Part shown: in pieces, positions 61,151-64,000 of the stretch
Layout: every line of letters starts with the position of its first letter
Numbering within the stretch: the first letter of the stretch is position 1
Assembly (NCBI GenBank): GCA_030704615.1
Contig: CM060733.1
Location: forward strand, 64,976,001 to 65,040,000
Direction: 5' to 3'
Length of the DNA stretch: 64,000 nt
DNA from: Takakia lepidozioides
Taxonomy: Eukaryota > Plantae > Bryophyta
Translations under genes and position numbers: made by a program
The notes under the pieces: generated by a model
Told to the model about the DNA's origin: nothing
The model's input: the letters and a program-made list of their open reading frames with translations, nothing else
The model's database searches: none

Positions 61151-64000
61151 TTGAAGGACTTGGGAGCACTGAAGGGTCAAGAGATCCGTATTGAGTTGGC
61201 CACTAACACGCCAATCTTTCGGAGACCCTATAGATACAGTGACATGGAGAGGTCTTTGATTCAGATGAGGACTCAAGATCTCTGGGAGGTAGGTTTGGTG
61301 GAGCTCTCTGGTGGAGAGTATGCTTCAGCCACAGTGATGCCAGCCAAGAAGGATGTCTATGGCAATTGGATGGAAAGACGTATGTGCGGTGATTACCGGC
61401 CTGTAAATCGTCAGACCAAGTCCGATAAGTATGTCATGCCAACACCAGAGGAGATCTTTGATGTCATCGGGCATGCTAAGGCCTTTAGCACTTTGGATTT
61501 ACGATCCGGATATCACCAGTTGCCAATCAAGGAGGCGGACAAGCAGAAGACGACATTCTGGGGGATCAATGAGCACGGCAAGGATTGCCTATATCAGTGG
61601 CGGTTCTTACCATTTGGGCTTAAGAATGCTCCTGCAGAGTTTCAGAGAGTCATGGATAGGATTCTAGCAGGGGTGGACTTTGCTCGGTGCTACATAGATG
61701 ACATCATCATCTTTAGTGTTACGATGGAGGAGCATGAGAGGCACCTTCAGGTGGTATTGGAGCGCTTGAGAGCGCACGGATTGAAGTTGCATCCGTGGAA
61801 GTGCAAGTTTTTCCACAACCAGATTGAGTATCTGGGTCACATGATATATCCTGGAGGATTGGGGGTATAGCAGACTAAGGTAGAGGCCATTGCACAAATT
61901 CCACGCCCCACGGATGTGAGCCGAGTTCGAGCTTTCATGGGGTTGGCAAACTATTATAGACGGTTTGTCAAGGGATTTAGTACCATTGCAAAGGCTCTAA
62001 CCAAGCTGACCAAGGTGGACTAGGAGTGGCAGTGGGAAGATGAGCAGGAACGAGCTTTTCAAGAGCTCAAGGCGAGGTTGACCTCGACGCCTATCCTGAG
62101 ACGACCTATCAGGGGGCGTCCCTTTCAGCTGCATACGGATTGGAGCATGTTGGGGCTTGGAGCGGTGCTCATACAAGTGGATGATGAGGGAAGAGAGTTC
62201 GTAGTGGCTTATGCTAGCCGCTCGAACAACGATGCAGAGGCTAAATACAGCTCATATGAGGGAGAGTGCTTAGCTGCAGTGTGGGCCGTGGCACACTTCA
62301 GGTGCTATCTATACGGCAATCTTTTCACCCTTGTCACGGATCACCAGCCACTCAAGTGGTTGATGGAGTCAGACAAGCTTACGGGGAAGCTTGCATGGTG
62401 GGCACTCATACTCCAGGAGTATGACTTTCAGGTTGTGCATCGACCAGGTTTGGTCAATCGGGATGCGGATGGATTGAGTCGCAATCCATGCATGAGCCAG
62501 CAGGATGACACAGGAGCTCGGTGGCATGGTGAGACGGACGAGGAGATGGTGCCGGGATGGCACACATCTGCATTTTTGTGTATCTTGGCATCAGGAGGTC
62601 AGGTTGGACCTACAACAGGGATGATTGTAGACGGATTGTCTGAGGACCCTGAGGCTAGTGATGAGCCAGGTGGTGCCAGAGATATACATGAGGATTCGGC
62701 TGTGTTGGACTACCTCCGCACGGGAGACACGGCAGCCACTGTGACTGCTAGGGAGAGGGATCGGATCCTGCAACGAGCCAAGAGGTTCAAGTGGGAGGGG
62801 ATACACCTACTTCGAGTGTGGGAGGATGGTCGGGTGAGGATTGTGCCTCACCCCATACAGCGTGCACGGTTAGTGCGGCATGCCCATGAGGAGTTGGGGC
62901 ATTTTGGAGTGCGACGCACTCACAGTTTACTGCAGGGGCAGTATTGGTGGCGTGGTATGCATACAGAGGTGCAACAGTTCGTGGCTAGGTGCATGGTGTG
63001 TGACAGGGTGCGTGCTTCATTCAACGCCCCTACACCACAGTTGCATCATTTACCAATCATGGGATTGGGCTACAGGTGGAGTCTTGACTTCGCAGGACCG
63101 TTGCCACTGACTATGCGCCATCACAGATATGTGTTGGTGATGGTGGAGCACTTCTCCAAGTGGATTGAGTTGGTTCCATTGCCTGACAAGGCTAGTGAGG
63201 GGGCTGCGTATGCATTCTTGGATCGTGTGCTTAGCCGATTTGGTGCTCCAGCTGAGGTACTCACGGACCAAGGGAGAGAGTTTTTGGGGGAGTTTCAGGC
63301 TTTGTGTGATAAAGCCTTGATAGACCACCGCACCATTTCTCGGGATCATCCTGAGGCCGATGGCTTAGCAGAGAGAGTTGTTCAGATGGTGAAGAGGGGT
63401 TTGCGCAAGTATGGCTTGCAGAAGGGACACTTAGGAGATTGGGATCTTCAGGTTCCTTGGTTAGCCATGGGCTATAGGTTCAGCAAACAAGCATCACTTG
63501 CCTCCTTCTCACCATATTTCCTTTTCTTTGGCCGAGAGCCGGATTTGCCTGCAGCCATTCGTAGGGACACTGCTCAAGTCCTTAACCTTGACAATCCGGA
63601 CGTGTGGGTACGTGCATGTGATCAGCGGGCATAGTTGTTCAAGAAAGTCATGCCCATGGCTTTTGAGAACCTTGCCATTGCACAACACCGTGATACGTTG
63701 AGGTATGCCACTATACGTGGTGGAGGATATCGTCCTGGGGTTCGGAGGTTTAGCCCTGGTGACTATGTTTATTTGCAGCAGACTGCTCCTACGACTCTGG
63801 ATGTTACTGCAGGGCGTGTTATTCTGAGGGTTCGAGAGGTGTTGCCCTCAGGGGTCCTGATCTTAGAGGGTCGGGATGGCAAGACTTGGAAGGACCATGT
63901 GCGTAATTGTGCGCCATGTCACCTTCCCAATGTCGATGGCAGAGTTGACCCAAACTTGGCAGTGGTACCTGCAGGTTTGAGGTGCATGCTCTGTGGGTCT
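61151..64000 (+). pseudogene. pol: RT, RNase H and integrase of the DNMT-gypsy (three in-frame TAG stops)
   Basis: [21 protein letters not shown]; TDWS, EGECLA, TDH; HAHEELGH…CMVC, SLDFAGP, LTDQG, GLAER. Confidence 0.92.

Larger units (their letters stand above)
54052..64000 (+). mobile_element. Ty3/gypsy LTR retrotransposon carrying a C5 DNA methyltransferase; runs off the window
   Basis: LTR, then gag (CCHC), PR, DNMT, RT, RNase H and INT on the same strand. Confidence 0.92.

Overview
Eukaryotic nuclear DNA from a land plant, most likely a non-seed plant (inferred from spliced genes, a PLS-class PPR remnant and the LTR element types). The first 10 kb hold two convergent intron-containing host genes: QCR8 (complex III subunit 8, +) and a neurochondrin-family gene (-). 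The remaining ~54 kb is a nested transposon graveyard. It contains HSP70/BiP and PPR gene fragments, a minus-strand Athila/Tat-type Ty3/gypsy split by a 5.8-kb Mutator-like insertion (9-bp TSD) full of palindromic satellite, a young full-length chromovirus (4-bp TSD), and a two-ORF Penelope-like retroelement with no visible endonuclease inside 1.6-kb direct repeats. The highlight runs from ~54 kb to the window end: a Ty3/gypsy element whose pol carries a complete DNMT3-like C5 cytosine methyltransferase between protease and reverse transcriptase. Many frameshifts fall at homopolymers and may be assembly errors. All calls come from reading the sequence; no searches were run.
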